Source: Eledone cirrhosa
Lineage: Eukaryota
Reading direction: 5' to 3'
NCBI GenBank assembly: GCA_964016885.1
Contig: OZ024743.1
Coordinates: forward strand, 341,000,001-341,064,000
DNA: 64,000 nt
Program-made: the position numbers and the translations under genes
In this document: positions 43,800 to 57,495 of the stretch, one piece after another
How the letters are laid out: each line of letters begins with the position of its first letter
Numbering within the stretch: position 1 is the first letter of the stretch
The notes under the pieces: model-generated
Databases searched by the model: none
Told to the model about the DNA's origin: nothing
Seen by the model: the letters and a program-made list of their open reading frames with translations, nothing else

Positions 43800-44770
43800 A
43801 TTATAGGTATTTGTGCTTAGAATCGAATATTCTATCCTGTCTAAAATTTATTAAGTTTTTTTTCCTGTCAAGATATCTAGTACTTCAATGGCACAAAGAC
43901 TACATTCCTTTCTTTCACACCGATAGGGATGGGTGAATCCTAGAATTGACCACGACAGTTTAATTTCTATTTTTCGTTTTTTAAATTCCCATATGTTTCT
44001 AACCAACGCGGTAGATTTTTGAAGTTCCGAATTCTTAAACGAATAGGTATGCACATACCAGCTTTCCTTAAAACAATTGGATGTGGACTTCACATATCTA
44101 AATACCACATGGTTTGTGTTATTTCGCATTGATACACGATGTTGTGAATTATACATTTACCCGATAGGGGGCAACTATCGGGTTTCCTGTAATTACAATG
44201 TACCAGTGCATGTCTATTAAAATCCGTATTTGTTCTGTCATTTAGGGCAGATGCGTTGGTGGGGTGTGATAGGAATGCCCGCTTGCTATTGTTGGTTTGG
44301 TGTGTGGGTTGAGATGAAAAAGAAGATGAGGACTGGTAATTACGTCGAAATGCGGTTTGATTATTGCTATTGTGTTTTCGGAGGCACCTATTATTGTGTC
44401 CGGCTACGTAACATCCTATGTTTGTTTTAGTTGAGTATGATACTCTGACTGTTTTCCTATTTACAATTTTGTAGTATCTACCTGATGGCGAAAAGTTCTT
44501 ATCTAGTATTTTGAAGAATATATAGAATAATTTAGTTTAACTAAAGTTGCACACCTATAGTATAAAGGATTATATTTATAGGTGTGCTTTGCTTCGGCAT
44601 CATCCAGGTATTTTACTAGCCAGAGTTATTTTCGAGATTAACCGTTATATCAAACGGTATATTTTCCGAATTGTAGGGCATGGGATTAATGTTTCTACGA
44701 GGTTTACGATGGTGTGTGCGTGGTGTATTCGTCCTCGTTCTGGGGTGTTTTAGAAATAGGTAATGATGTT
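43800..44770 (-). pseudogene. Decayed Penelope-like element (RT thumb, linker, GIY-YIG)
   Basis: ILDKNF...KIVNRKTVRVSYS, CNYRKPDSCPLSGKC, FKE..Y.H..SF...STAL...IWE.K, WSIL, CSLCAIE. Confidence 0.8.
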
Positions 44771-44800
44771 GTTGAACATCATTAATATTAGGAATACATA

Positions 44801-44995
44801 AGGGTGGTGAATTGGCAGTATCGTTAGAGGGTCGGGCGCCATGCTTTGACGCATAGAAGTTACGGCCCTGGCTATTCTGAGTTCAAATCCCGCCGAGGTT
44901 AACTTTGCCTTTCCTCCTTTCAAGGTCGACTAAATAAAGTACCAGTAATGTACTGAGTAATTTGCTGGCCTTGTGCCGAAAGTAGAAACAATTAA
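44801..44995 (+). mobile_element. tRNA-derived SINE
   Basis: Same family as 732-910. Confidence 0.88.
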
Positions 44996-45454
44996 TATTA
45001 GGAATACATTATATTCTTTCCTCATAACCAGCCTTACGTTGTGCCGCAGTGTAGTAATCCGTATGTGCATTAAATATATATATATGGAGGTTAAACGTTT
45101 GGAGAACCTATGTGATAACCCCCTTAGTGATCTACGGCAGCTCATTTATTTCACTACGTTGTTTTAACTACCACCTTTTTATTGTGAGGAATGAGCAAAT
45201 GCGAACACATTCGGGCCATCCGAATTTCTTAATTTAACTCCAAATAAGAATCAATATAATCATACATTTATTTCACATATTACATGTCATGCATGTTGTT
45301 AAAGTTATTGCCGAGTATTATATGTTTCCAACGGACTTTCCAATGCATTTCTGTCGTTGAAAGTTCCAATAGATTTAATGACAATAGAATTTCAAGTGTG
45401 GCTTATCGGTATTTCCTCATCATCCATTCTTCAGTGATGTATCATCAGCAATAA

Positions 45455-45496
<42 letters not shown>

Positions 45497-45531
45497 ACAC
45501 ACACGCGCGCGCGCACACACACACACATATA

Positions 45532-45603
<72 letters not shown>

Positions 45604-45770
45604 CTTTATATATATATATACTTTGCTTTTGTATTTGTTTTGCAAGATGTGAAAACGCATGTTGAAACAAATTTTGTTAAATATTTGGGAGAGTCATGCT
45701 GTCACTAAAAACACACCCACTAGAGGTTTTTTACTTCAATTTATTATTATTATTATTTTATTATTATTAT

Positions 45771-47009
45771 AGTTGCATTTATCTTGCTTTCTGTTCATAC
45801 GAGTTATCACCAAGTCACAACCAGTGACCTCAAGACACAACAAGGTTTGCCATGTTCAAGAAAGAACACACACACACATACATGCATATTTAGGTGTTTA
45901 GACTTGTGATGTACTTATATTGACATAATCTTCTTTAGTATATGGGAAGTTCCCATTAGTACTATCTTTTGTATTTCTCCAATACGCGGGTTTCCTGGGA
46001 TTTGCAATAAGTAATCATTAGACTCCTTAAGTATGTTTCCTAGAGCGCCTACATCCACTGGTATTGTTTTAGTTCTCAATTTCCACATCTTTCCAATTTC
46101 TATCTCCAGGTTTTTATACTTGCTCAATTTTTCAAATGTTTTTATAGATACATTCTTGTCTATTGGAACAGACATATCAATTAGCAGGCATACCCTCTTT
46201 TTAAAGTCCTTCAATATTATATCAGGTCTATTTGCATCTATTTTTCGGTCTGTTTGGATGCTGAAGTTCCACAAGATTGAGATCTTTTTCAAGTGATCTT
46301 TTTCAAGTATGGGAGGTGGTTGATGCTCCCACCAATTCTTTTGATGGGGCAGGTCAAAATGCTTACACATTATCCAATGTATGTATTGTGCAGCTCTGTC
46401 ATGCCTGTTTAGGTATTCGGTTGGAGCTATAGGACTGCACATTGAGATTATATGATCAATGGTCTCTGGTTGTTTTTTTACATACACGGCATAATGGGTT
46501 GCATCCATTTTTTATTATGTTGGTTGGTAATATTTTGTTGGCAGACACTGATCTTGTGCTGATATAATCAGTCCTTCAGTCTCCGATTTCAGTCCAGAGG
46601 ATGCCAACCACTGATGGGTTAAAGTTTTGTCAACATCAGGATTGTTAGCTCTTTCTGGATATTTTCCATACAGAGGCTTGTCTTGCCATTTCTTAGCCAG
46701 TTTCTGCTGGCAGTTCTTTCTTTGCAGTTACTTTTACCTGCTTTGCTTTTTCTGTGTTTTCCATTTCAGCAGTAAATGGGACTTCTGAAATTTGTAGTCC
46801 ATTACTGTATCTTTGTGCATCTTTTGTAATGGAGTATGATCTTTTGATGCTTTCGTGTTTCAAAACGAGTTTGATCATCAAATCATGTGATTCCCTGACA
46901 TATGTCTAACTGGATTAACGCACGTCCTCCTTCTTTCCTAGGGAGATATATTCTATCTGTATCTGCCTTAGGGTGATGCATTCTGTGCATAGTTAAGAAT
47001 TTTCGAATT
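45771..47009 (-). mobile_element. Dong-B 3' segment, tandem duplicate of the neighbouring copy
   Basis: RLE ORF 45915-46508. Shares private indels with 47010-48228. Confidence 0.9.
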
Positions 47010-50000
47010 ATGTTCATACGAGTTATCACCAAGTCACAACCAGTGACCTCAAGAGACAACAAGGTCCGCGATGTTCAAGAAAGAACATACATACTCACAC
47101 ATGCATCTTTAGGTGTTTAGACTTGTGATGTACTTATATTGACAGAATCTTCCTTAGTCTATGGGCAGTTCCCATTAGTACTATCTTTTGTATTTCTCCT
47201 ATACGCGGGTTTCCTGGGATTTGCGATAAGTAATCATTAGACCCCTTAGGTATCATTCCTAGAGAGCCTACAACCACTGGTATTGTTTTAGTTCTCAATT
47301 TCCACATCTTTCCAATTTCTATCTCCAGGTCTTTATACTTGCTCAATTTTTCAAATGTTTTGATAGATACATTCTTGTCTATTGGAACAGACATATCAAT
47401 TAGCAGGCATACCCTCTTTTTAAAGTCCTTCAATATTATATCAGGTCTATTTGCATCTATTTTTCGGTCTGTTTGGATGCTGAAGTTCCACAAGATTGAG
47501 ATCTTTTTCAAGTGATCTTTTTCAAGTATGGGAGGTGGTTGATGCTCCCACCAATTCTTTTGATGGGGCAGGTCAACATGCTTACACATTATCCAATGTA
47601 TGTATTGTGCAGCTCTGTCATGCCTGTTTAGGTATTCGGTTGGAACTATAGGACTGCACATTGAGATTATATGATCAATGTTCTCTGGTTGTTTTTTTAC
47701 ATACACGGCATAATGGGTTGCATCCATTTTTTATTATGTTGGCTTGGTAATTTTTTGTTGGCAGACACTGATCTTGTGCTGATATAATCAGTCCTTCAGT
47801 CTCCGATTTCAGTCCAGAGGATACCAACCACTGATGGGTTAAAGTTGTGTCAACATCAGGATTATTAGCTCGTTCTGGGTATTTTCCATACAGAGGCATT
47901 TCTTGCCATTTCTTAGCCAGTTTCTGTAGCAGTTCTTTCTTTGCAGTTACTTTTACCAGCTTTTCTTTTTCTGTGTTTTCCATTTCAGCAGTAAATGGGA
48001 CTTCTGAAATCTGTAGTCCATTACTGTATCTTTGTGCATCTTTTGTAATGGAGTATGATCTTTTGATGCTTTTGTGTTTCAAAGCGAGTTTGATCATCAA
48101 ATCATGTGATTCCCTGACATATGTCTAACTGGATTAACGCACGTCCTCCTTCTTTCCTAGGGAGATATATTCTATCTGTATCTGCCTTAGGGTGATGCAT
48201 TCTGTGCATAGTTAAGAATTTTCGAATTTTTGTATCGAGCCTACGGATCTCTGTGCTTGACCAGTTGATGACATTGTAACTGTTGGTTACTACTGGTATG
48301 GCAATCGTGTTTATGGCATCGATCCTATTCCTTGCATTCAATTCCGTTCTTAAGATTGCTCTTACTCTGCGGTAACATTCCTTCCTTATCCTTTTCCTCA
48401 TTGTCGAATGCTTGATTCCGTCGCCTTCACAAACAACCTAGATATTTGTAAGTTTCCTCTTGTCAAGTTCTCTTATCACATTCCCCGATCAAGATTAATG
48501 TCTGAACTTTTTAGCAGCTTTCCTCTGGTGAACGTTGCTTTGGCGCATTTATCTAGTCCAAACCCCATTTTAATGTCATCACTGAACTGCTCCATAGTGG
48601 ATAATAGCCCTTGCAATTGTTCATCATTTTTTGCAACTAGTATCAGGTCAACCATGTAGAACAAGTGATTAATGGTTTTGTCATAGACTTTATATCCATG
48701 TTTTGTTTCATTGAGCATTTTACTTAATGGTATAAGCGCGATGCAGAATAAAAGCGGTGATAAAGATTCACCCTCAAAAATTCCACAATTAATATTAACT
48801 ACTCCAGCTTCAAGTGATTTTGTTTCACTATTCAAAAGGAGTGTCGTTTTCCATGTCTTCATACTGAATGACAAAAACCTCCTGACAACGGGAGATATTT
48901 TGAAAATCTCTAAACATTTTTCAATCCAACTGTGTGGCAAACTCTCGAATGCTTTTCTATAATCTATCCAAACAATTGATAGATTTTTGTGTCTATTATG
49001 ACAATCTTCCAGTATCATTTTGTTAACCAAAAGCTGATCCTTACAGCCGTATGATCCTCGTTTACACCCTTTCTGCTCAATGGGAAATAGGTCATTTGTT
49101 ATCAGGTGGTCATATGTATATTCAGTTAGGGCTGATGTTAAAATTTTATAGATTGTGGTCAAGCAAGATATCGGTCTGTAATTTTTGGGATTGTTTGTCT
49201 CATCATTCTTCGGAATGTAATGCCGTTAACTAGCCATGATGGTATCTTTTCTGGCCCCTTAACTATTCCATTGTAAAGTTGGGCTAACAGCTCATGAGAC
49301 TCTGTGAAGGCATTTATCCAAAAAATTTGTATTTTGTCTTTTCCTGGGGATTTCCATTTGCTGGTTTTTCTTAGAGCCAAACGCAACTGTTCAACTGTTA
49401 TATTTTCCCATATTTGTTCCTCAAGGTGAGCTGTATCTTTCATTTGTCTGTCTATCCATGGGGCATGTATATTATGAACTTTTTCTTCGGCCCAGATCTT
49501 TTCCCAGAACTCTTGCACTTCCTCCTTGGGTGGTATTGATTTAGCAGTTATTGTTGACTTACGAATTTTTCTGTAGAAGTTTCTTTGGTTGTTTTTGAAC
49601 ATATTATTGTCCTTATAGAATCTAGATCGTTTTTCAAAGCGCCTTATACGAGCAGCTTTGGCCGACACTTTTTGCTTGATTATTTCTATCAGCATATCTA
49701 TGTCACTTGTTGATTTTATACTGTACTTTCTTTTCAATTTTCTATGTTTAGTTTGTTTAACATGTTCACCTACTTTATAGTTTGTTAAAATTTCTATGTC
49801 AGATCGGAGAAGGTTTATTTGGCGATTGATGTTCTCTTGCCAAGTAAAATTCTTGTGGGAATTCCTTTGTTTTTTCATCTTCACTCCACATAAGTGAGTG
49901 GTGACTTTAGCCGATGCATAAGAGAGATGATTTAAATCAGTAATGTTTAGTTTGTTTGTGATAATAATGTTTTTGAGAATTATGTTAATTTTGTGTATTA

Positions 50001-51873
50001 TCTTTTGGTTCTGTTTGGAGTTCTGGATCTTAGGGAGGGTGTCTCGTTCCCCCATGTCAGATTCTTTCATTTTCATCCATTCGATCATAATTTCATCCTT
50101 CAAGTTGGCAAGTTCATTCTCATTCATCTCTTTATCATTTACGATCTCATTGTTTTCATTTTGAGTTTCATCTTGAGCATGCACTCCCTCCACTTTTTCG
50201 ATCCTTTCTTTAATTTGTTCTGTTGTCAGTGATTACGCCCCAACCCTGGGATCGAAGTGTTACAATTTACCTCGTTTTCACTGAGACATGTTTCATTTTC
50301 CCTTCGCTGACTTTGTGCTAATAGCTTGATCTGATCAATTTCTATATCAGTTAGTAACCTTTTTTTACAATATTTCTTCGTATATTGGCTAGTTTGTTAC
50401 TGTCAATATAGCCTCTGTTTTCGGGATGTTTCTTTTTCCAGTTGATATCTGTCTGTTCTGTATTCGAAGTATTTGATGGATAGTACATGGCAGTATAGAA
50501 AGCCTCAAGGACTTCTTTATTATCTTCCCTTGACCATTTTTCTCTCTTTTTCTTTGGATTTCTTGGTGGTGAGCATGGAGGGACAACAGTAGGAGTATTC
50601 CGGTTATGGGAGGTCTCCAGCTCCGAAGTGAAGGGAAGGTTTGAACCATTAGCTGATTTTTCGACCGCAGTCTGGTTCCTCTCTGAGGGACGCGGCCCTT
50701 TTTGACCCGGGTGACGGCCGATCCGGTATGAGATTTTATCATAAGACATTTACTTTATTTTGTCGCGTTTTATCCTTATCCGCCAAGGAGTAATCATTTC
50801 GTGTTACCACTTCTAGGACGAGTGTCAACCAAGACTAGAGGGGTCGTCCTCTCCTAGAGACACGACTATTCCCCGCCGGCCGTCATCTCGGTATTTCTTG
50901 GTCACGGGGTTTTCTTTTTTGTTGTTTTTTTAAATTGTTATTATCATGAGTGGTTCCTTAATGTGAGCATTGTGTGGCTTAAGAATGAAATTATTAATAA
51001 TATAATATACTTTTTGCTGAAGTTGCCTGTTATTGTTGTTGGCTATGTCGGTGGTGGTGCTGAGGCTTTTTCTATTGTTGGTGGGGAAGGGGGAGTCAGC
51101 AGTGCCATAGTCGTTGTGTTTGGCCGGTGGCCGGGTCACTAAGTCAATCTATTTATATCTTTTGCTAGCCTCTCCCTTGTCTAGTGATACCGCCACCTTC
51201 CCCTTTCTTAAGTTAACAGAAGGTAATGGGGGAATAGTGGTGGTAGCAATGAAGGACTGGTGGCGGCCGTGATGGGATAGTGGTAGCAATGATGAATGGA
51301 GTGGCGGCGGCGGTGACTATAGTGATGGCGTTGTCGTTACTGAGTTTTGTTGAATAGACTGTAGTTTTGTTTGATCTGTGTATCTATGCGTTTGTCGCGT
51401 ATGTTTAATATATGTGTTGACATATTTTCTTAACATTGGAATTACACATTTTGTGAAAACTTGAGACAATAATAATAGTAATTATTATTATTATGCTGGG
51501 ATTGGTGGTGGTGGTGGTGAAATTGCCGTTATTTGGCTGTTGTATTTAGTGTACACAGAGGGGTGATGGGATAGGTGGTGTTGTTGAAATTGCTGTTAAT
51601 GGCTGTTCTATATAGTGTAGACAGAGGGGGTTTTCTTCCATATATAACCATTTTCTTTTTTTAATATAAAATGTATAATACAAAATTAAATATTTAAGCG
51701 ATATAACAGGATATTATGGATCCGATTTTCCTGAGACTTGAGTCTGGTGCTTTATGTATCATTTGTACTAAGAATTGTTATTTCACAATTGATTTAAATA
51801 TGTTAAAAATTAAAAACTTATGGGAGCGATTTCATGACCTTCTATCCAACACGTGCGTCTTCTTCCCTATTCC
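47010..51873 (-). mobile_element. Dong-B copy with long 5' region and multiple frameshifts
   Basis: ORF pieces from 50749 down to 47134, with YMDD mutated to YMVD. 5' region extends about 0.93 kb beyond copy 2 and ends at a TTA tract. Confidence 0.9.
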
Positions 51874-51890
51874 TTATTATTATTAATATT

Positions 51891-53262
51891 AGTGTCAGCA
51901 GGGAAAGCTGCACCACCACCACCACCACCAAAAACAACATCAACAAAAACACGGACACCAACATCAAAAGCAGCCGGATCACCACCAACACCAAAACCAA
52001 TCCAAGGAGATAACGAGGAAAGCTCTCCCACTCCCCTACCCCCCCAATTATACACATAGACAAAACAATAAACGCACACACAGACACAGAGACACTCACA
52101 GACACAGACCCTTTGTCTTCCAGCAGTGAAGATGAAGGAAAACCCAAAAGTGTAAAAAAAACAGAGAAAACTCACAAAAAAAGCCCCAACAAAACACAAA
52201 AACACACACAACAAAAAATACAGACACCACTAACGCAAACACTTCCCCAATAACATCATCACCAACAGCAACATCGACACCACCTCCACAATCCCCGAAA
52301 CGCAAACAACCTAAACAAACACAAGTACAAATAAACACACAAATACCTGAAATTGCAGACACCACACCTACAACAAACTTAGACATACCAGAAACAACAC
52401 CACCAAAACCATCGCCACCACCTTCACCAAAACGAAAACAAATAAAACCACACCAACAAAATGTTAAAAACTTCGTGCTTGTCAGAAGTGCCAACGATAA
52501 ACCGATGGCCCTCTTAGCGCGAAGCGAGGACATTCAAACAGAGGGGGAGATTTTTGAAATGAGCACATTTTGCGTGCCAGAAGATTTGCTTCTGGTCCAA
52601 ATGTCACTCAATTCCTTCAAAGAAATTCGAGAGCGCTTTCCTCAAGACGTGGGAACCCCGAATGTGAAACCCACATCAAAATTTTTAAAGGAGTTCCCAA
52701 AAGAAACCCCACCAACCATGGAGGTCGAACCACCCGACCTTCACAAGACCCGGGAGGTAAGTAAACCTTCCCTCTCTCTCTCTTATCTTACCAATATGGC
52801 CATATTAAGAGTAGGAAGTTTAAATGTTCCCGGCCTGGGGTCACCCTGGAAGCAGGGTCGCCTGCTCAACGACCTCCGGTCGCTGGAAATGGATGTGATT
52901 GCTGTAAGCGAGACCAGAATTTCCGACACGCGCGCACTAGCCCCCATTTTTGACGACTATCAGATCTTCGCATCTGTTAGCAGGCCGGGAATGGGGGGTG
53001 GTGTGGCAGTGCTGTTTAGGAAAGGACTGGATCTCGAGGTAAGGTCGATCTTCTGGGACCCGGACGGGAATTGTTGGTCTTGGATGTGAGCAGTAGCGAA
53101 GGTGGTGCCTTTAGACTACTGGCCGTCTACGCCCCTACAGGGGCCGGACGACCTGACTTCTTTAGACGCCTGGAGACCTTTCTGGGTACGTCTCGCCCTT
53201 TACTGTTAGCGGGGGACTGGAATGGCATCTTAGACGCACGCTGGGATTGTGTGGGAGTAGCG
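51891..53262 (+). mobile_element. Tx1 subfamily 2, left part (ORF1 C-terminus and APE domain from ATG 52796)
   Basis: MAILRVGSLNVPGL, SETRI, GGGVAVL, VYAP, GDWNGILD. Homologous to but diverged from 27884-28350. Confidence 0.88.
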
Positions 53263-56200
53263 GGGAACTTCGCCTCACTTCGCGTATACACGCCGTCTTG
53301 CCGCCTGTCTTTCCCGGCAGCTACTCGTAAAAGTACGGGTCGGCGGCGGAATGGATTTCTTTCCGCCGTCTACACGGGGCCTCCCCGAAGGAAGCAAGTT
53401 GGCGGCGTGTTGTCGTCGCATCGACCAAGCTACACCACACCGCCGTCCGGGCGTCGTCATCGGCTGGATTCCCCTGCAGCCACACGGGTCGGAGGCGGCC
53501 AACTTGGCACGCCTTAACGGCGGAACACGCATCGGAGGAGGATTACGGAGCGGAGGCGGAGGGCGGGCGTTAACATGCAGGCGGGGCGGACGAGTTCTAG
53601 ACGGCATGTCGTCGAGGCGGAGACATCCGACATAGCATAGGGTAAGCCGGCATGTACCCGTCTTGAAAACGGAATATTCACGACTCTCAACGGGTAGCAC
53701 CCGGAATCGTTTTCTTCGAGCTCGTCCGATCAAGCTTACCCTATATAATAGACAGGACCCCCTGGCCGTGCTGCAAAGGCCCTGGACGGTCGTATTCCCC
53801 GCTGCCGACCCGCAAGCTTACGTGTCGGCGGCGGAACCGCCTAGACGGCGGATTGATTACTTTCTCGCGATCGAAGCGGGAAGGCGTGGACGAATAAAGG
53901 AACGTTTGCCGGGTTCGAGGCGGAAGACGGAGACGTCGTGTCGCGTCGCGTAACTTCGCCTCGCGTCGAGTATACACGCCGCCGTCTTGCCGTCTGTCTT
54001 TCCCGGCAGCTACTCGTAAATGTACGGGTCGGCAGCGGAACCGCCTAGCCGGCGGATTGGATTTCTCTCCGCGATCGAAGCGGGAAGGCGTGGACGAATA
54101 AAGGAACGTTTGCCGGGTTCGAGGCGGAAGACGGAAGGCGTCGTGTCCGTCGGGGAACTTCGCCTCGCTTCGCGTACACACGCCGCCGTCTTGCCGTCTG
54201 TCTTTCCCGGCCGCTACTCGTAAAAGTACGGGTCGGAGGCGGAACCGCCTAGCCGGCGGATTGGATTTCTCTCCGCGATCGAAGCGGGAAGGCGTGGACG
54301 AATAAAGGAACGTTTGCCGGGTTCGAGGCGGAAGACGGAAGGCGTCGTGTCGCGTCGGGGAACTTCGCCTCGCTTCGCGTATACACGCCGTCTTGCCGTC
54401 TGTCTTTCCCGGCAGCTACTCGTAAAAGTACGGGTCGGAGGCGGAACCGCCTAGACGGCGGATTGCATTTCTTTCCGCGATCGAAGCGGGAAGGCGTGGA
54501 CGAATGAAGGAACGTTTGCCGGGTCGGAGGCGGAAGACGGAGGGCGTCGTGTCGCGTCGGGGAACTTCGCCTCGCTTCGCGTATACACGCCGTCTTGCCG
54601 TCTGTCTTTCCCGGCAGCTACTCGTAAATGTACGGGTCGGCGGCGGAACCGCCTAGCCGGCGGAATGGATTTCTTTCCGCCGTCTACACGGGGCCTCCCC
54701 GAAGGAAGCTAGCTGGCGGCGTGTTGTCGTCGCGTCGACCAAGTCACAACACGCCGCCGTCCGGGCGTCGTCATCGGCTGGATTCTCCTGCAGCCACACG
54801 GGTCGGAGGCGGCCAACTGGGCAAGCCTTAACGGCGGAACACGCATCGGAGGCGGAAGGCGGAGCGCGGGCGTTAACGTGCAGGCGGGGCGGACGAGTTC
54901 TGGACGGCATGTCGTTCGAGGCGGACACATCCGGCATAGCATAGGCTAAGCCGGCACGTACCCGTCTTGAAAACGGAATATTCACGACTCTCAACGGGTA
55001 GCACCCGGAATCGTTTTCTTCGAGCTCGTCCGATCAAGCTTACCCTATATAATAGACAGAACCCCCTGGCCGTGCTGCAAAGGCCCTACACGGTCGTATT
55101 CCCCGCTGCCGACCCGTAAGCTTACGGGTCGGCGGCGGAACCGCCTCGACGGCGGATTGATTACTTTCTCGCGATCGAAGCGGGAAGGCGTGGACGAATA
55201 AAGGAACGTTTGCCGGGTTCGAGGCGGAAGACGCAGGCGTCGTGTCGCGTCGCGTAACTTCGCCTCGCGTCGAGTATTCACGCCGCCGTCTTGCCGTCTG
55301 TCTTTCCCTGCAGCTACTCGTAAAAGTACGGGTCGGCGGCGGACCGCCTAGCCGGCGGAATGGATTTCTTTCCGCCGTCTACATGGGGCCTCCCCGAAGG
55401 AAGCAAGTTGGCGGCGTGTTGTCGTCGCGTCGACCAAGCTACAACACGCCGCCGTCCGGGCGTCGACATCGTCTGCATTCCCCTGCAGCCACATGGGTCG
55501 GAGGCGGCCAACTGGGCACGCATTAACGGCGGAACACGCATCGGAGGCGGAAGACGGAGCGGAGGCGGAGGGCGGGCGTTAACGTGCAGGCGGGGCGGAC
55601 GAGTTCTAGACGGCATGTCGTCGAGGCGGAGACATCCGACATAGCATAGGGCAAGCCGGCACGTACCCGTCTTGAAAACGGAATATTCACGACTCTCAAC
55701 GGGTAGCACGCGGAATCGTTTTCTTCGAGCTCGTCCGATCAAGCTTACCCTATATAATAGACAGGACCCCCTGGCCGTGCTGCAAAGGCCCTGGACGGTC
55801 GTATTCCCCGCTGCCGACCCGTAAGCTTACGGGTCGGCGGCGGAACCGCCTCGACGGCGGATTGATTACTTTCTCGCGATCGAAGCGGGAAGGCGTGGAC
55901 GAATAAAGGAACGTTTGCCGGGTTCGAGGCGGAAGACGGAGGCGTCGTGTCGCGTCGCGTAACTTCGCCTCGCGTCGCGTATACACGCCGCCGTCTTGCC
56001 GTCTGTCTTTCCCGGCCGCTACTCGTAAAAGTACGGGTCCGCGGCGGAACCGCCTAGCCGGCGGAATGGATTTCTTTCCGCGATCGAAACGAGTAGGCGT
56101 GAACGAATAAAGGAACGTTTGCCGGGTTCGAGGCGGAAGACGGAAGGCGTCGTGTCGCGTCGGGAACTTCGCTTCGCTTCGCGTATATACGCCGCCGTCT

Positions 56201-56288
56201 TGCCGTCTGTCTTTCCCAGCAGCTACTCGTAAATGTACGGGTCGGAGGCGGAACCGCCTAGCCGGCAGATTGGATTTCTTTCCGCCGG
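53263..56288. repeat. GC-rich higher-order tandem repeat: about 203-bp monomers interspersed with three about 450-bp modules
   Basis: Monomers start near 53820, 54023, 54227, 54430, 55123, 55828 and 56032. Long modules lie near 53365-53818, 54678-55122 and 55373-55827. Confidence 0.92.
53739..53750 (-). promoter_or_regulatory. Repeated TATTATATAGGG motif (also 55043 and 55748); candidate Pol I spacer-promoter start site
   Basis: AT island identical in all three long modules. Resembles TATATAGGG-type rRNA initiation sites. Confidence 0.35.
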
Positions 56289-56820
56289 CTACACGTAAAA
56301 CATAACTTGGAAGACGGACGACGGATGTGCGGCTTGTATCACACACAGACACACACACCATCGGCTACACGTAAAACATAACTAACCAACTGGGACGACG
56401 GATGGGCGGCTTGTACAACACACAGACACACACACAAAACAGAATCCGCCTGCTACACGTCAAACATAACTAACCAACTCGGACGACGGATGGGCGTCTT
56501 GTATCACACACAGACACACACACACAAAAGAGAATCCGCCTGGTACACGTCAAACATAACTAGCCAACTCGGACGACGGATGGGCGGCTTGTATCACACA
56601 CAGACACACACACAAAACAGAATCCGCCTGCTACACGTCAAACATAACTAACCAACTCGGAAGACGGATCGGCGGCACTCTAACCAAGGCTGTGTCGCAT
56701 TCACCGCGAACTCTCTCTCTACGTGTAACATACGCAAAACTAACCAACTCGGAAGACGGATCGGCGGCGGCACTCGAACCAAGGCTGTGTCGCATTCACC
56801 GCGAACTCTCTCTCTCTATT
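56289..56820. repeat. About 88-bp subrepeats (about 4-5 copies) and two copies of an about 70-bp unit
   Basis: CTACACGT(A/C)AAACATAACT...GGACGACGGATGGGCGGCTTGTATCACACACAGACAC repeated. Confidence 0.9.
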
Positions 56821-57495
56821 TTCGATGCTAATCGACTTTGAGGGTCGTTGGCGCAACCTGGCAAACGAGCGGCGAGCGAAATCGTCGTAAAAGTTGGCGC
56901 GCGGAAAGTGGTTGGTGGTTTGCAGTAGCAGCGGTGGAAGTGTTAAAAGAACGAACCTAACAATTGGCGGCGGCTAAGGAGCGGACTTGTTTGTATGTCG
57001 TCGTCGTCGTCGTTGTTGCTACGCTAACCCGTCGAAAGAAAGCCGCGTCATTGCTCCAACCCGGTAGCTGCTGCTGCTATCTCTCGTTCGTTCGTTCCTT
57101 CCTTAGCCGCTTTTTGAATTTCTTCTTTTTTTTTTTTGTCTGCCGCCTCGGTGGGCGGATCGTGTCGTTCGTGAGAAGAGACTCAATAGATCGCAGTGTG
57201 GTAGCTGTTCTACTAAGCACGTCACTCCGAACGGCAAGTCTAGTCGTATACAAGCGATCCTTTTCGTCTCGAACTCTTTCGACAAATCGAACGGACGACG
57301 ACGACGAATCGTCGTAATCGTCACAGAATGGCAATTCCGCTGACGCTGCCGCCGCCGACGACGCGCACCCCGAAAAGGGAAGCGACTTCGCCGAACGGAT
57401 GGCAATCGCCAAACTAAGGCATGCGCCTTAAGAAGGTTGAGACGCTTTCGAAAAACAACTCGGGTCCGGCTACGGTTCCGGCTTAGAGGCGTTCA

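Noticed and set aside
53263-56820. CRISPR-like or spliced-leader RNA array
   Set aside because: Units are long with no unique spacers and no cas genes in a eukaryotic context. GGTAAG follows the TATA-like motif, but I see no Sm-binding site.
53275-57412. Arg/Pro-rich ORFs on both strands
   Set aside because: By-products of a GC-rich tandem repeat. Frames are not conserved between units and no domain motifs are present.
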